Assembly (NCBI GenBank): GCA_040285855.1
Contig: JAUFOQ010000013.1
Location: forward strand, 1,736,001 to 1,800,000
Origin: Eukaryota sp. GEM-RC1
Lineage: Eukaryota
Reading direction: 5' to 3'
Length of the DNA stretch: 64,000 bases
Shown here in pieces: positions 23,002 through 36,053 of the stretch (position 1 is the first letter of the stretch; each line of letters begins with the position of its first letter). The translations under genes were made by a program, and so were the position numbers. The notes beneath the pieces were generated by a model. That model saw nothing but the letters and a program-made list of their open reading frames with translations. It had not been told where the DNA came from and did not search any database.

Positions 23002-23817
23002 ATGCCTCCATCTTCCTCTCCTCCAGATACTACTGTTGAGACTGAGACTCCAGATACTACTGTTGAGACTGAGACTCCAGATACTACTGTCGAGGAAAAG
23101 AGTACAAGAAAACGCAGAAATCGCAGAAGACCAAAGAAGTCCAAATCATCAGAATCTTCTTCTGCTTCTTCTCTTCCGTCTCCTTCCGCTTCTTCTATTC
23201 CTTCTTCTTCTCTTCCTTCTCGTCCTGCCACCACGCTAACCTATGTGGCAGCAACAACAGATTTCGTAGAAGACAAAGTGTCAAAATCAAAGTACCCCGC
23301 GAATAATGGTTTCCCTGAGGAAGCCATGATATTCAATTGTATTAATGATGCTGGAGAGATTATAGGGAGAAAGGTAGAGGTAAGCCCGGACTCATACTTC
23401 TTGCCTCTAACCGCAAGAAAGTACAGAATGAATGAAGAGAGAGATTTGGTGAAGAAGGGTGGCAGATCTATAACCCCACATAATTTAGCCCAGCTACGAA
23501 TTTCTAGAATCATCCATATTTTTGGTTTGCCATTCGAAGCGGCAAAATCATTAAACTCACTTCAATCCAATCTTACGTCCAATGTTGAGAAAGGAAAAGG
23601 AAAAGCAACATTGGTATTTAATGAATTGCTTAGAATTCCCCTAGAAGAGATGACTGATTTTCAACGTCATTGTTCTCTTGTAGCGGGTGCCATCATGCAT
23701 CATTCCTTATCAAAGGAACAATTAGCTGTCATCTCAGCTGGTTGTTTATCCAGGATGTCCGTTTCCGGGATTAAAGATTGGATAAGAAGATTGGTAGGAG
23801 ATCTTGGACTTCTGTAA
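23002..23817 (+). CDS. Orphan Arg-rich gene, copy 2 (5'-truncated at the duplication breakpoint, new ATG at 23002, intact C-terminus)
   Basis: 271-aa ORF; homology to copy 1 starts at 23007. Confidence 0.55.
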   Translation: MPPSSSPPDTTVETETPDTTVETETPDTTVEEKSTRKRRNRRRPKKSKSSESSSASSLPSPSASSIPSSSLPSRPATTLTYVAATTDFVEDKVSKSKYPANNGFPEEAMIFNCINDAGEIIGRKVEVSPDSYFLPLTARKYRMNEERDLVKKGGRSITPHNLAQLRISRIIHIFGLPFEAAKSLNSLQSNLTSNVEKGKGKATLVFNELLRIPLEEMTDFQRHCSLVAGAIMHHSLSKEQLAVISAGCLSRMSVSGIKDWIRRLVGDLGLL

Positions 23818-23838
23818 TCCCTCTTCTCTTCTTTCTTT

Positions 23839-23995
23839 GGTCCACTCCCTGAATCCTACGGACCCTCCTCTCTTCCTTCTTTGGTCCACTCCCTGAATCC
23901 TACGGACCCTCCTCTCTTCTTCCTTGGTCCGCTCCCTGAACTCTCGGACCCTCTTCTCTTCTTTCCAAGGTCCGCCCTCCCTGAACTCTCGGACC
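23839..23995 (+). repeat. Four-hairpin array, copy 2, starting ~20 nt after the stop codon
   Basis: GGTCC[A/G]-(cc)ctccctgaa(tccta/ctct)-CGGACC x4 with pyrimidine-rich linkers. Confidence 0.85.
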
Positions 23996-25766
23996 CTTCA
24001 CTCTTCTCTTCTGGACCCTTCACTCTCTCTTCAAGGTCCCAGGTCGCCTCCCCAATCAGCAGAATCACTATGCCGAATCCTCCCAGCTGAGGACTCGACA
24101 TCACTCTAACTTGGAAAACAAATTTTAAATTTAAAAAATAGAAGTTCTGAATGGCGAAAAATTCCTTCCTCCATCGGATAGAACTACACAATAAACAATT
24201 TTAACATTTGAGTAGATATTTTAACTATTGGAATATATCTGAATTTTTTAAAAAGAAAACAATGTCAGGTTATCAAATTATTCACAGAAATTAAAAAATC
24301 AGGAAATAACAAGCAAGGATACAAAATGCTGGTCTAATTAGACCCACGTAAAACACACGTGACTTGCAACAAAAGGAAGTACAAAGAATTCTTTTGATAT
24401 TCATATCAAACAACATTTAAAAAGTGTATGATGAAAAAGCATTGTTCGATAACAGTAGAGCTCAAGAAAACGTCATCAAATACTTATTCTAAGTGAAGTA
24501 AGTGGGTTTGCTTGAGCCAACAATGATGAGAAGTAAACATCGAGAACATAAGACCAACACGTGTCAGCACGTTGACTTAAGAATGAGATAAGTGGTAGCT
24601 AAGATGGAGATAACTTCATCAAAGTGAGATCATGAGAAGAAAGGATTGGTGATTGAGAGAGAGTGGAGAGTCACCAGAACGTGACGGCAGTGAACTAAAC
24701 AGGGAGGGAAGAGCAGAGAGGAGGACGTAAAGCTAACGTGGAGAGAGACAATCGGAGATATCTGTAAATACAACAGCGTTCTGACAGCGCAAACCAGCAC
24801 GAGAAAGATGACGGTCTTATAACCACGATACTCTCTGAAGCAACATGTTTCTGCACTATGTGACCATAAATTCCTATTCCGACTCAGTTTTAGTTACAAG
24901 TTCTTTACGTCCCAAAGTTGCCTTGAGTACTTTCGATGAGAGATGTTCCTTCCGTAGTACGGCGACACTTCTAATATCTTTCCTATCTGTCTCCACAGGT
25001 CTCCATCATTCTATGGATTACTTATTGTTCTGTCCTTAGTCTCGTTGATTAGTCGTACAACAGATGAACAGTGAAGACATCGCGGGTATATTTCCGTTAC
25101 TTTCAGTGTTCCTCCTTTACAGCCTGTCTTTGTTTGAAATCTTGAATGACTATGAAGATCTGTGTATACCTCCTCTCTGCATCAACCACGGTTTCGGAAA
25201 CATTCACAATGACAACGGCTGATGTATTAGATATAGATGGATACCAATACAGACCTCATTGATTCATTCATTCATTCATTGAACTACAATGGTTAGACTA
25301 ATGATAAACATTCTGCTAGTATTCCGTTTTATTGACTGTCACGAAATCTTTAAAGACATTCAAGGACTGAAGTACATCAGCTATTACAATTGTCAGCAGT
25401 TACTGATAACAAATGTTTATGAGAATCCAAAGTAAGTCAACATCTGTCTCTTCGAAACGATCCAACACGTCTAGGTCACCGTCATTAGATCATCGAACTT
25501 TTACTTTGATTAGAATGTTTCTAATCTTAGAAGGATAAGACTTGAAATCCTTATACTGTGAGAGTTGTTGAGTGTAGATCTATTGTACTAAACAAGAGAT
25601 AAAAACAATGTTAGAGCAAATTTCAAGATGATTCAATGTTGCTTACCAAATTACAAACAACAATAATATGAAACGATATCATAAGTGACAATTGATTGAA
25701 TAACATAACCAATCAGATTAGAGAAACGAAAACAAACAAAAATTAAAAATACACCAAATTTATTCT

Positions 25767-28122
25767 TTAAAGTTCATCAAATTCGGCTTCTTCAAAAGCA
25801 TCAGCTTCGCCTTCTGCTTCTTCTTCAAAATCACCTTCATCAAAGTCTTCTTCGTTTACTTCTTCCTCTTCTGCTTCTTCAACTACATCACTAGCTTTGC
25901 GAACATTCTTCATTATTGAAGAAATATCAACATCAGCATGTACACCTAAATCATGAGACAAAATATTATAGATTCTCTTAGCCAATGCATTCAAATCACT
26001 AAATTCATATCCAGATTGTAAAAGAGCGGCATCATGAAGCAATTGAACTGCTGACGCAATTTCGTCCTTTCTTTGCTTAATCAAAGCAGAGTCTAAATCA
26101 GCTTCAAAGGTTTCCTCTTCATCAGCTTCATCAGGAAGTAAAGCAAGTTTATCCTTTAATCCTTGTAAAACGGGATGGTGAGGATTAACTTCAAGAATTC
26201 TACGTTGATTGACAGCGTTGTTTCTAGAATTAGGGTCTAATTGTTGTTGTTGTTTAATCAAACGTTCCATGTTAGCGGAAGCAGATCCAGTTGGATGAAC
26301 CAAAGTGGCAGGAGAAGAGACCAATCGCTTTGAAATCACGACTTTCTCAACTTGACTTCCCAAGACTTCTTTAATATGCTTCCTTAAAGGCTCATAATCA
26401 GTTTCTAATCGTTCAAACTCGGGATCTTCATCTTTATCAGAAGCTTTGACATCTTCCTTAGATGCAGGGACGATTTCGTGATCTTCAAACCTTCCTAAAT
26501 GAGCAACAGCTGGTTCATCAATAGGATCGGTAAACACAATGACTTCATATCCAGCTAAATGTAGTTGTTCAACAAAGGGAAGTGCCAGACCAGATTCAAG
26601 GGAGTCAGCAACTGCGTAGTAGATTTGAGTTTGATGATTGGGCATACGGGAGATATACTCCTCAAAGGAAGTAATGTTGTCAGCACCAGTAAATGAAGAA
26701 GAAAATCTCATTAATCTGGAAAGTTTTTCTCGTGATTTGGAATCTTCAATCATTCCGACCTTCAAGAATCTACCGAAATTCTCATAAAATTTAGAATATT
26801 CATCAGGAGAATCTTTGGCCAATTTCTTGAGCATATCAAGAGCTTTTTTGACAAGTCTGTTCTGAATAGCTCTTAAAGCACGTGTTTTTTGGAGCTGTTC
26901 ACGTGATACGTTCAAAGGCAAATCATCAGAATCAACAATTCCTCTCAAAAAGTTCAACCATCTTGGTAACAATTCAGGAATTTCATCACCAATGAAAACT
27001 CTCTTAACGTACAATCGAAGTCGTGATTTCTCAAACTCATCAATCAAATTGGTGACGTGACGGCTGGGAACAAACATCAATCCTCTAAACTCATACTCAC
27101 CTTCTGCTTTGAAATGAATATGAGCTAACGGAGACTCGTCATCACCAGTAAGTGAGGTATAGAAAGTATCATATTCTTCCTTTGAAACTTCCTTGGGTTT
27201 TCTCATCCAAATAGCTGGTTGATTGTTGACGTGACGCCAGAACCAGTTGAGCTCAGTTTCCTTCTCTTTAGATTCTTCTTGTTCATCCTCAACTTCTTCA
27301 GTTTCTTCAATGTCTAATTCTTCTTCAGTTTCTTTTTCTTCGATATCAGGCTTTTCAGGAGTTTCGACTTCTACTTCTTCGTAATCATAAAGATAAATAG
27401 GGAAGGTGATGAATCCAGAATACCTATTAATGAGCTCATCAAGTTTATCCAATTTTAAAAACTCATCAGCATCTTCCTTCAAGTCAAGCTCAATAGTGGT
27501 ACCTCTGACGACATCAAGGTAGACCTGGTCTTGTTCGTCAGCAATCACGTATCCTTCCTTGGCATCAGACTGCCAGACAAGATGAGTACCGTTAGGATGT
27601 TTGGTATGAACAGTAACTAGGTCAGCTACCAAAAACAAGGAGTAGAATCCAACACCAAACTGGCCAATAGCGTTCATGTCGTTAGACTTGACGGCTTCCA
27701 TGAACTGCTGAGTTCCAGAGTTAGCTATTTTACCAAGGTAGTCGGCGAGCTGAGGTTTGGTGAGACCAATACCAGTATCAGAGATGTAGAGCTTACGAGT
27801 GTCATTGTCAGCGCGGATACGGACTTCGAAGGCGGTGGAGCCTTGGAGAACGGACGGGTCTGAAAGGGAAAGGTGGCGGATACGGTCAAGAGCGTCGGAG
27901 GCGTTGGAAATGACTTCTCGGAGGAAGATATCTGAGTTTGAGTAGAGGGAGTTGATAATAAGCTCCATGAGACGAGATACTTGTGCTTGGAACTGTTGGG
28001 TTTCGCCCTCTATCCTTGTGGGAGGGGGGAATGGAGTCATTTTCTGTTTCAGGAGTCTCTTCTGCGCGTGTGACACAGAGAAGAAGACCCAGTAGTAGGA
28101 ATACGAGTGGTAAACGGGACAT
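25767..28122 (-). CDS. HSP90B1: ER Hsp90 (GRP94), copy 2; +1 base in a C-run at ~28024-28029, likely a sequencing error
   Basis: Same protein as copy 1. The signal-peptide ORF (ATG 28122) joins the 823-aa ORF after removing one base. Confidence 0.93.
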
Positions 28123-28591
28123 GAAGTCTGAAAATTGCTCAATTGGGGAGGAAATTTTGCTTTATTGATTGAATTGTCATCATTAGCTGTCTTTGGATTT
28201 TGTGTCTTTTGGTTGTATGATGATACTAAACAAATCAACCAACTGGATGCCCATCTTCATCATGTTAGACTCGTGCTGGTTCAGAGTGAACGAATAGAAA
28301 CAGAATCTCAACTTACGTGTAAAACACCTTTCTAGTATATGTAAACTTAGTGATACTGCTACTAGTAGCAGTGCTTGATCAGCCGTTTTCATTTTTCACA
28401 TCAATATCAATTGCATGAGTAGATTGTATCATGGAAATGTCGTTGTAGCAATTTTCGTAACACCAAAGTTTACACTGTCGGAGATATACACTTAATGATG
28501 AAAGTTGTGTATTAGGAATTCTCGATAAGTTCGGGAAACATTTGGGAAGCGATTTGGTAGAACAATTCTTTCAAACCCCTTTCAACTCTTA

Positions 28592-28845
28592 ATGTCTGAA
28601 ACACAACAACAACAACCACAATCCCAACCACAAGAACCCACTCCTTCTCTGTCTCTACTTGAAGAAGACGATGAATTTGATGAATTTGAGGAAGGTTTGT
28701 TTAAACTACTTCTCTGATTCCAGACTGGGAGCCGCTACCCAGTGATGTCTTGGAAGCCGAGGAATGGGAAGAAGACTGGGAAGAAGAAGCTCTAGAAGAC
28801 GACGAGTTCCAACAAGCACTTCGATCGGCAATGGAACAATCCTAG
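28592..28845 (+). CDS. SEM1: SEM1/DSS1 (proteasome/TREX-2/BRCA2 partner), 74 aa; intron 28695-28723
   Basis: Spliced product ..LLEEDDEFDEFEEDWEP..EEWEEDWEEEALEDDEFQQALR.. has the DSS1 signature. Missed by the ORF track. Confidence 0.92.
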
Positions 28846-29540
28846 CATCTCTGTACATGACTTTTCTTCATCTTAGTCTTTGGTTTACTGGATCTCTTAT
28901 ACCTCCAGTCATTTGACCACAATAAACTCACGATGAACAACTTCTATTCTTGTCTCATGGTATTTAAACCAGGCTTAAATGGAGCCAGTTCTCTCTACAA
29001 TCTTGGTTCTTGTTCAGACTTGCCACTCATTGAAGATTGGATACAAGGACTGCTTATAGATGGAGTTCTGATGAGACACTAGAGTATGACATGTCTGTGA
29101 ATATGTATAACACAAATAATAGAACACAACAAAAAGAAGTTCGCGAAAAGAAGTTGATCAGGAACACTTTTGGAAATCATCAGTGAACAACACTACTACA
29201 AGAACAATAGTTCAATATCTAGATCATTAAGGATACAAGATATTGCAGGTAAACAGAATATAGACAGAAGAAGTGTTGGTGTCGTGATGAGAAAGTATTA
29301 TACATGTAATGTCTAATCGTTACAAAATTACCCAAACCTTTTCTTTTCAGTCGGTTAATAACAGGACGTTCATCGATATCTCTGAACAGGTGTTTATGTC
29401 TGAGCCAAATTCAATGCAAGCTTTAAAACAATAAAAATATAACTGTAGTCAAATAACGTGCTTAATATTCGGTATTTATTTCCAAAAAATGAGCCAGTAA
29501 ACACATCACAAAACGTAACATTTTTTAAAATTCACAAATT

Positions 29541-32463
29541 TCACTGATTCAAACTTTCCAAAGTTGATTGAATCCAATCTTCGATTTCAAGTCGAAGATC
29601 TGATAATTCTGTACATTCTTCAATCTTTAAAGGAGCCCTAGTAAACGGATCTCTTGGATCTGACAACAAATGTCTTACTAGAATAGCTCGATCCATGACC
29701 ATTTCTGAATTAGGCAAGAGCACGGGATCATCCATAAGTGTATACGACAATGAATCCAAGTACTTATCAGGAGCTTTCTCAGCTAGAGCTTCTCTTTCCT
29801 TAACAAAAGAGGAAAGAGTTGAAACTCGTTGGAGAAGTGATTGAAGTGAGTGCTGTTGGGATTCAGATATACCAGGGGAAACAAGAGAGATGAATTGGGG
29901 AAGAGTATCGCACTGAACGTTGAACAAATCTTCAGCTAATTTTTTATCAAAATTTTTAATTTCGCTTAGAGTCGACATCAACATACCTGCTTTAAACGCC
30001 AAATCAATCGCTTCAATCGGGTCCTCTCCTTGAGTCCCCAAAGAGTTCAACAGTTCCAACGCACTAGACTTGCACTTCTTCCCAGTAAAGGAAGCAATCA
30101 AAAAGACCAAAGTGTTGCTTGCTCTCGATACCACTGCTGACTCAGCAAAGAAGGAAGGGAGGTAAGATGCAACTAGCGCACATAGATAGAGTTGGCCAAC
30201 TCCCCACCTAAGTAGTTGAACAGCGTGTTGTTTAAGGTTCTCAGCTGTAACTCGTTGTTCTTCGTCTTGGCTGTCGGTTATGTCTGATAGTTTAGAGAGG
30301 CCGTCGTCGATTAAGTACTGGACGTCGTTGAGTAACAATGTGATGAATTGATGGAAAAACGATGACGGGACAATGTTGTGAGCGGAAATGTAAGAGAAGA
30401 CGGAAGGCACGTCACCGTTGTGATGTAGAATTTTAAAAATTTCAGAAATTTCGTTACGAATAGGGAACTTCTCGTAAAATGCTGCATGAGCTTCAGTATT
30501 TTCAAAATCATTGAAAATTTTAATAATTGACACAAAAAACGAAATAGCCAACTGTTTGCTAGTCAAAATTCTATTACTCAACAAATTTTTAAATTTCAAA
30601 GCCCCACAAATACTAGAAATCATTTTCCCCCGTATGTCAGGCGATGGTAACAGATCCGCACGACCACAAAGAGGCGCAATGTCAATCAGAGTATCAAAAC
30701 TAGAAGTAATCAAATCAATTCTGGTAAGTAACCGTGATAGACCGGGTCGACTAATCAATCTTCCAAAAGAGGCAAGTACAGAGAAAAAGGGATCAAGAAA
30801 CGACGACGGAAACTGAAGCCACGGATGATTATCAGCAAGCACCTGCTCACAATTTGATTGAATCACATCAACTCCGATCACGTGCTTTACAAAGTAAACA
30901 CCCAAACTTCCACTCAAAATACAATTCTCAATAATGACTGGACATCCAAGCAACTTCATCATGCCATTAATTCTATTCTCTTCAGACTTAATCCTTGCTT
31001 CCATCATTTTCCTCCTGGGGTCACCCTGACCCATCTCATTCATCCTTGTTCTAGCTTGCCGAAGGGAGTGTTGGATGTGGGGGAGGTCTCTGTGGAAGGG
31101 AACAATGATGGAGGAGATGAGTGATTGGATTAGAAAGAAGAACTCAGTGTTTAGGTTGAATGACGTGGAATCTGACTGTGATGACGTGGATTTTTGAGCA
31201 GATTCAATGACTTTTCGAGACTCTGCGTACGCTGCCCTCTCATTAATCACAGATGTCGAATCTTTGATTTTTGATTGTTCCGAATAAGGAAATCGATGGT
31301 CAAAATTCACAAACGTAGGGTCTACCTTCTGCAATCTAACCCCATCATTTGCCATTAAATCTCCAGCTAATGGAGCTAGAGAAAGGTAGAAAGCGTGAAG
31401 AACATCATCAGGAGGGAGGTCAACGTTGGGGTTTAACATTTGGCGGGGGGTTAGAAGTCTAGAAATATTCCAAAGATAGTCAAATAAGTGAGATTTGACA
31501 AAACTGGTGGAAAAGAGAGTCATCCAGAAACGATTGGCTGACGTGATTGCTATTTTGATTGATTCAAATTGATTGGCGATGACAGACATTGGCACGTCAT
31601 CATTGACTACTTCCATGAATCCTTTAAAACAGTTGTAAACCATTGCAACTGGTGGAATCCCAAGTAAACCTTCAAGACCACTCTCAATGTCGAAAATTAA
31701 TTTGAAATATGAAGCGTCTAATTGGCAAATATTTAAAATTTTATCAATTGTGAGAGCTGATTGCTGTACCTGGGCAATACAGTGCTTAATAGCTTGTTTT
31801 ACAAGCAGTGACCCGAATCCAGATGAGGAAATAATCCTGGCAATATTAGGGTGGGAAGTAGTTAGACTGAGCCAAGCTTCATTAGAAGTGCATTGAGGTA
31901 GGCCAAAGTAGGTAGGTGCGAGGAGAATTGGAAAGGCTGACTCTCCAAAGGCCTCTTTGAGGAAGGAAATGTCAATAGAGTGGGTGTTGATGGAGAAGAG
32001 ACGGTTGGTGAGGGAAGAGATGAGATCTAGACGTTGAGTAGGGGTTTGACAGGTGGAAAGAAGCTGGGCTATTGTAGTACAAATGGAAGTGGTAGTGGGA
32101 GAAGTGGAGATTGAAGGGAAAATGTACGACAAGATATCAGAAACTGATGAAAAGAAGGAGTTTCATTAGGACTTGTAACAAGAGGAGAAACAGGAACAGA
32201 AGTCGTGGATGGTGGTGGTGGTATTGAGGGTGGAGCAGACTGTTGAGGAATAGGAGGGGTGTTTGTTTCTTGTTTTGGTGATGTGTCACTAACCATATCC
32301 GTAGGCCCAGACGACTGAGAAGAAGGTTCAGGTTTGGGTTGAGACTCTACAGGAGGATTCTGTGCAGTTGAAGGACGAGAAAGCATAGCAAGACGCTTCC
32401 TACGAACTTCATCAATGCTGGGAGTTGAACTTTGTTCTACAGGTTGAGATTTTTGAACAACAT
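29541..32463 (-). CDS. UFD2: Ubiquitin conjugation factor E4 (UFD2/UBE4) with C-terminal U-box; two probable homopolymer indels near 32150 and 32452
   Basis: N-terminal IDEVRRKRLA; core NTEFFFL, FYEKFPIR, LLLNDVQYLIDDGL; U-box APDKYLDSLSYTLMDDPVLLP..MDRAILVRHLLSDPRDPFTRAPL. Confidence 0.92.
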
Positions 32464-32895
32464 GAAGATGTATCGGTAGCAGAAATTTAACGAAAATAAT
32501 TCAACTTTACAGCAATCCTTGACAGACAATGGAAATTACAATATGTCACAACAGTATACCTATCGATACAACTATTTTTTTGATGTGGTTTTTGACCTTG
32601 GTCACGTGATCTTAAGGATTCTAAGGATTACTTAAATCGTCGTGGTCAGTTTCTCTGAAGTAGACACCACCTCTGCCTTCTGGTGCATCATAAATTGATT
32701 TAAACGTGTGATGTAAAAAAATAAAATAATTGAATATTATTTAGAATTAAATGTAGATGATTCCATCACCAATCGCAACAGTCAATAAAGGACAATCGAG
32801 AAAAGCATTTGAGCTGATAGTTTCCAGTCCTCTTCATAAAGAGGATATCACGTGATATTTGTTAAATGGCTGTTATCCCAAAAGGGAGTAGTACC

Positions 32896-33473
32896 CAGGG
32901 GGTGGTAAAAAATATTTAAATAAAATATACCAAACTTTTGCTCAAAAAATAAATAGCTACGATATATATTTTGGATAAATAAATATGGAAAATATGTAAA
33001 TATTTTTTGTTCATACATGTACTTAAAACAGACAATTTTTATTAAACAACTAATCTAATAACTAATCACTTACATCAATGACACTTTCACAAGGGTTGAT
33101 CTTCCTCATTACAGCTCTAACTGTTTGGGAGCTCCACCAGGACCGGTTGTAATGAAGGAAAAGTTGTTTTTCCAACGATCCAGCTGTGAGACCAAAGCGA
33201 TGCTCACCAATTGGTCGGCGCACTGCAGAGAACAAGATCTGTTTCACCCAACACTCACTCTTTCTGCTTAGTTTATACTTTATCATCACACTCAATTCAC
33301 TTACAGGCACAAACACTGCTACCTGCAGTACGTCAATATATTTTCTCTGTAGAGTGTTGCAAATATTACAATATATTGTAATAGATATATTGCAACAAGC
33401 AACAATATCAATATATTTATTGCAATATTCGCAAACCACAATATATATTGCAATATAATTTTCGGCATCCCTG
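32896..33473 (-). mobile_element. hAT remnant: CAGGG-type termini with a transposase C-terminal (dimerisation) fragment at ~33062-33250
   Basis: Ends CAGGGGGTGG and CATCCCTG. LFSAVRRPIGEHRFGLTAGSLEKQLFLHYN resembles the hATC ER.FS..G......R..L....E.L.FL..N motif. Subterminal AATATATTG repeats. Confidence 0.65.
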
Positions 33474-33511
33474 ATTGTTATTTCAAAGAGTGTTGCTAGG
33501 ATAGGTACTAC

Positions 33512-33635
33512 CAGGGCCTGGTAAAAAATATTTGTATTTAAATATTTGAAATAAATATAGTTGAAATATTTATTTTCTCTGGAAGACAAGTTCCAATATT
33601 TATTTTTCCGTATGTAAAATAAAAAAATATTTTAT
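33512..33635. mobile_element. Second hAT-type terminus of the same family as 32896
   Basis: CAGGGCCTGGTAAAAAATATTT versus CAGGGGGTGGTAAAAAATATTT at 32896. Confidence 0.6.
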
Positions 33636-35014
33636 ACGTGTTTCATGGCTACTTTCCGGGTTGTAATACTTACACTGCTGAAGATTCCAACATCCTTCAT
33701 TCAATCTCGTTTGAGACAGGTTTTGTGAAAGTGTTGAAAGGCAGATTAAATGAGTTAATCGATGATGAACGACAGTCTTTAGTTAGATTTGAAAGAGAGC
33801 CCTGTAATCCTCAATTGAGCCAACTGAACTTCGATATTGTGTCTCAATTGAATGAGTCTGCCAACCGTATGTCCAATGCTTCTCGCTACATTAACGTCTC
33901 TTTCATTCTCGGGACTTCGAACTAGTGCGAGAGATTACAGTAAAGTCGGTCCACATATGAACAGACATTAATCAACAAACTAAAACTGCAATGCAGAAAC
34001 AGATCACCAGTTTAAACTCCGAATCATTATTCAATTGTGAAACATGTTGGAGATAAGGACAATGACAATTGATGGCTTTGATGGTGTTTTCGCCTCAGTG
34101 TTACTCAAAGACTTTAGAATAGTTATGAAGCCCTTGTATTTTAGAACTAAAAATAGTCAGAATTTGAGTACAGTGGGTGTGGTTCTTTTGGATATTCTGT
34201 ACACTTTTTCTTCTCTGAGTTTAGTAATTTGAATCGAAAACTCACTTTTGAAGTAGATAAGTAACACATTTGCTTAATATAATGTGAATCCTTATTTTGA
34301 AATATTTTAACATATTTTAAATAAATACAATGACCATCTAATGTTAGCTTGGTACATTCCAACAATTTGTTAACTGCAAGAACTTTCATAAAATTTGTCG
34401 CGCAACATTAAATTACGCAAAATGCTTTTCTTGAGGAAATAACAAATTTTCAAGAATTTAAAATTGTTCAGAAGTTTAAATTACAGGTATAACAACGCAG
34501 TATATCAGTGACAATAGTAGTGTTTTGCTGACGACGTGGTGATCGAATTCCAAATTCTGTGATTCTTTTCCAATTGTTGTAGACTTACTGCATTCAACAA
34601 TTTGGGAGAGTACATTATAACTCTGTTTTAAGAATTAATGTTCCAAATTTGCACCATTTCCAGGTATAACATTATCAACATTTTGAGACAATCTGACTTT
34701 AGAACATACTAGTAAATAGGTATCGGGAGCCGTATACTACACGTGTATATACACGTACATTAATGGGAACCACAGCAACTCGTTCTAAATTCCAGTGATA
34801 ATCTGGAAGTGGAAACAAATATCGAAAATTCCTTTTGGTTCTTTGTTATTATCATTTTGAAACGGAACACGCGATTATTAGCTTCAAATGAAGGGCATAA
34901 GAGCATGATGACGTGATGGAGGTACGAGACTGTGGTTGTGTGCGATGTTTGATTTGGTGTTTTAAATCATTGATAAAAAACCAAAAAAGTTCTCTCTTTT
35001 ATGGAGATCACTTA

Positions 35015-35942
35015 CTCTAATTTACCTAATACTAGCCTGCGCAAAACCGCTACAAGCCTACCCCGCCTGGGCTTGTATTAGGGGAAGGCTAGTTTTAGGG
35101 AAGGGCTAGTAATTTTTTTATCAACATCTTCTTGTAAACTGTTGTTTCTTATGATCACGCAAACCACTGCTTACATACAATTTCAGTGATAGAAAGTACA
35201 GTAAATAAATAGATGTTCTTTGCCTCATTGGTTTTAGTTCTACATAGTTATCAGTTACACTTCTCGTGAAGTTCATTCTGTTCAGTTTGTCAAGAAAACA
35301 CGGTTTTAATGACGAATTTAATTAAAATTTGAGAGCTTTTATATTAGACTACAGTATATCCATGTTCCACCTTATAAACATTAAGAGAGAAAGCTTACTT
35401 ACTAGTACCTTACCATAAGTTGAGGAGTCAAAATTATACTTGAAATGCATGATGACGATCATTGGTATTTTTTGAATAACTCAGGGTAATGAAGTCTGTT
35501 AAGCCCTTCATCAATTGTTTAAAAAAAAGAAATCAGTCTCAGTCCAAGAATAATCTCCCTGATATACGACTATTTTTTTGGGTTGTGTAACAAAATTAAT
35601 AAGGAAATCATTAGTTTCTTGGTGTATCTTGATCTGATACGTCATTAGGTTCGTCTTCGTTGTCAAATGCATCGTATGATACTTTGTTTAGGAACACAAT
35701 TCGTCGACCTTTCATCCATCGTCGACCTTTCATCCATTCATTACACACCCGCTCAAAGCCATCCTTGAAAAGTGATGAGCAATACAAGAAAGAATACTGT
35801 ATAAATCGAACATAAATCTGGAACCACTAAACTACTTCAGAAATGGGGTGCTAGTATTAGGCATTTTACTAGCCTAACCCTTCGTGGCTAGTATTATGGA
35901 AGGGCTAGTAATAGGGCAGGGCTAGTATTAGGTTAATTAGAG
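35015..35942. mobile_element. Non-autonomous Tc1/mariner-pogo-type element with TA TSD
   Basis: TA|CTCTAATTTACCTAATACTAGCC ... GGCTAGTATTAGGTTAATTAGAG|TA (1 mismatch), with repeated GGCTAGTA subterminal motifs. Confidence 0.82.
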
Positions 35943-36053
35943 TACTAACACTACGTCTTAATGTCTAACATACACTTCACAATCATTGGTCTCAGTAATC
36001 GAAATAATTCCAGAAGTGTTGACACAAAATTTAAAATTAAATTTCTTGAATCA

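Larger units (their letters stand above)
23007..28218. repeat. Right arm of the ~5.2-kb inverted duplication
   Basis: Reverse complement of 12879-18100. Confidence 0.95.

Noticed and set aside
28355..28372. Perfect 18-bp palindrome ACTGCTACTAGTAGCAGT between GRP94 and SEM1
   Set aside because: It is a single occurrence with no supporting context, so no function can be assigned.
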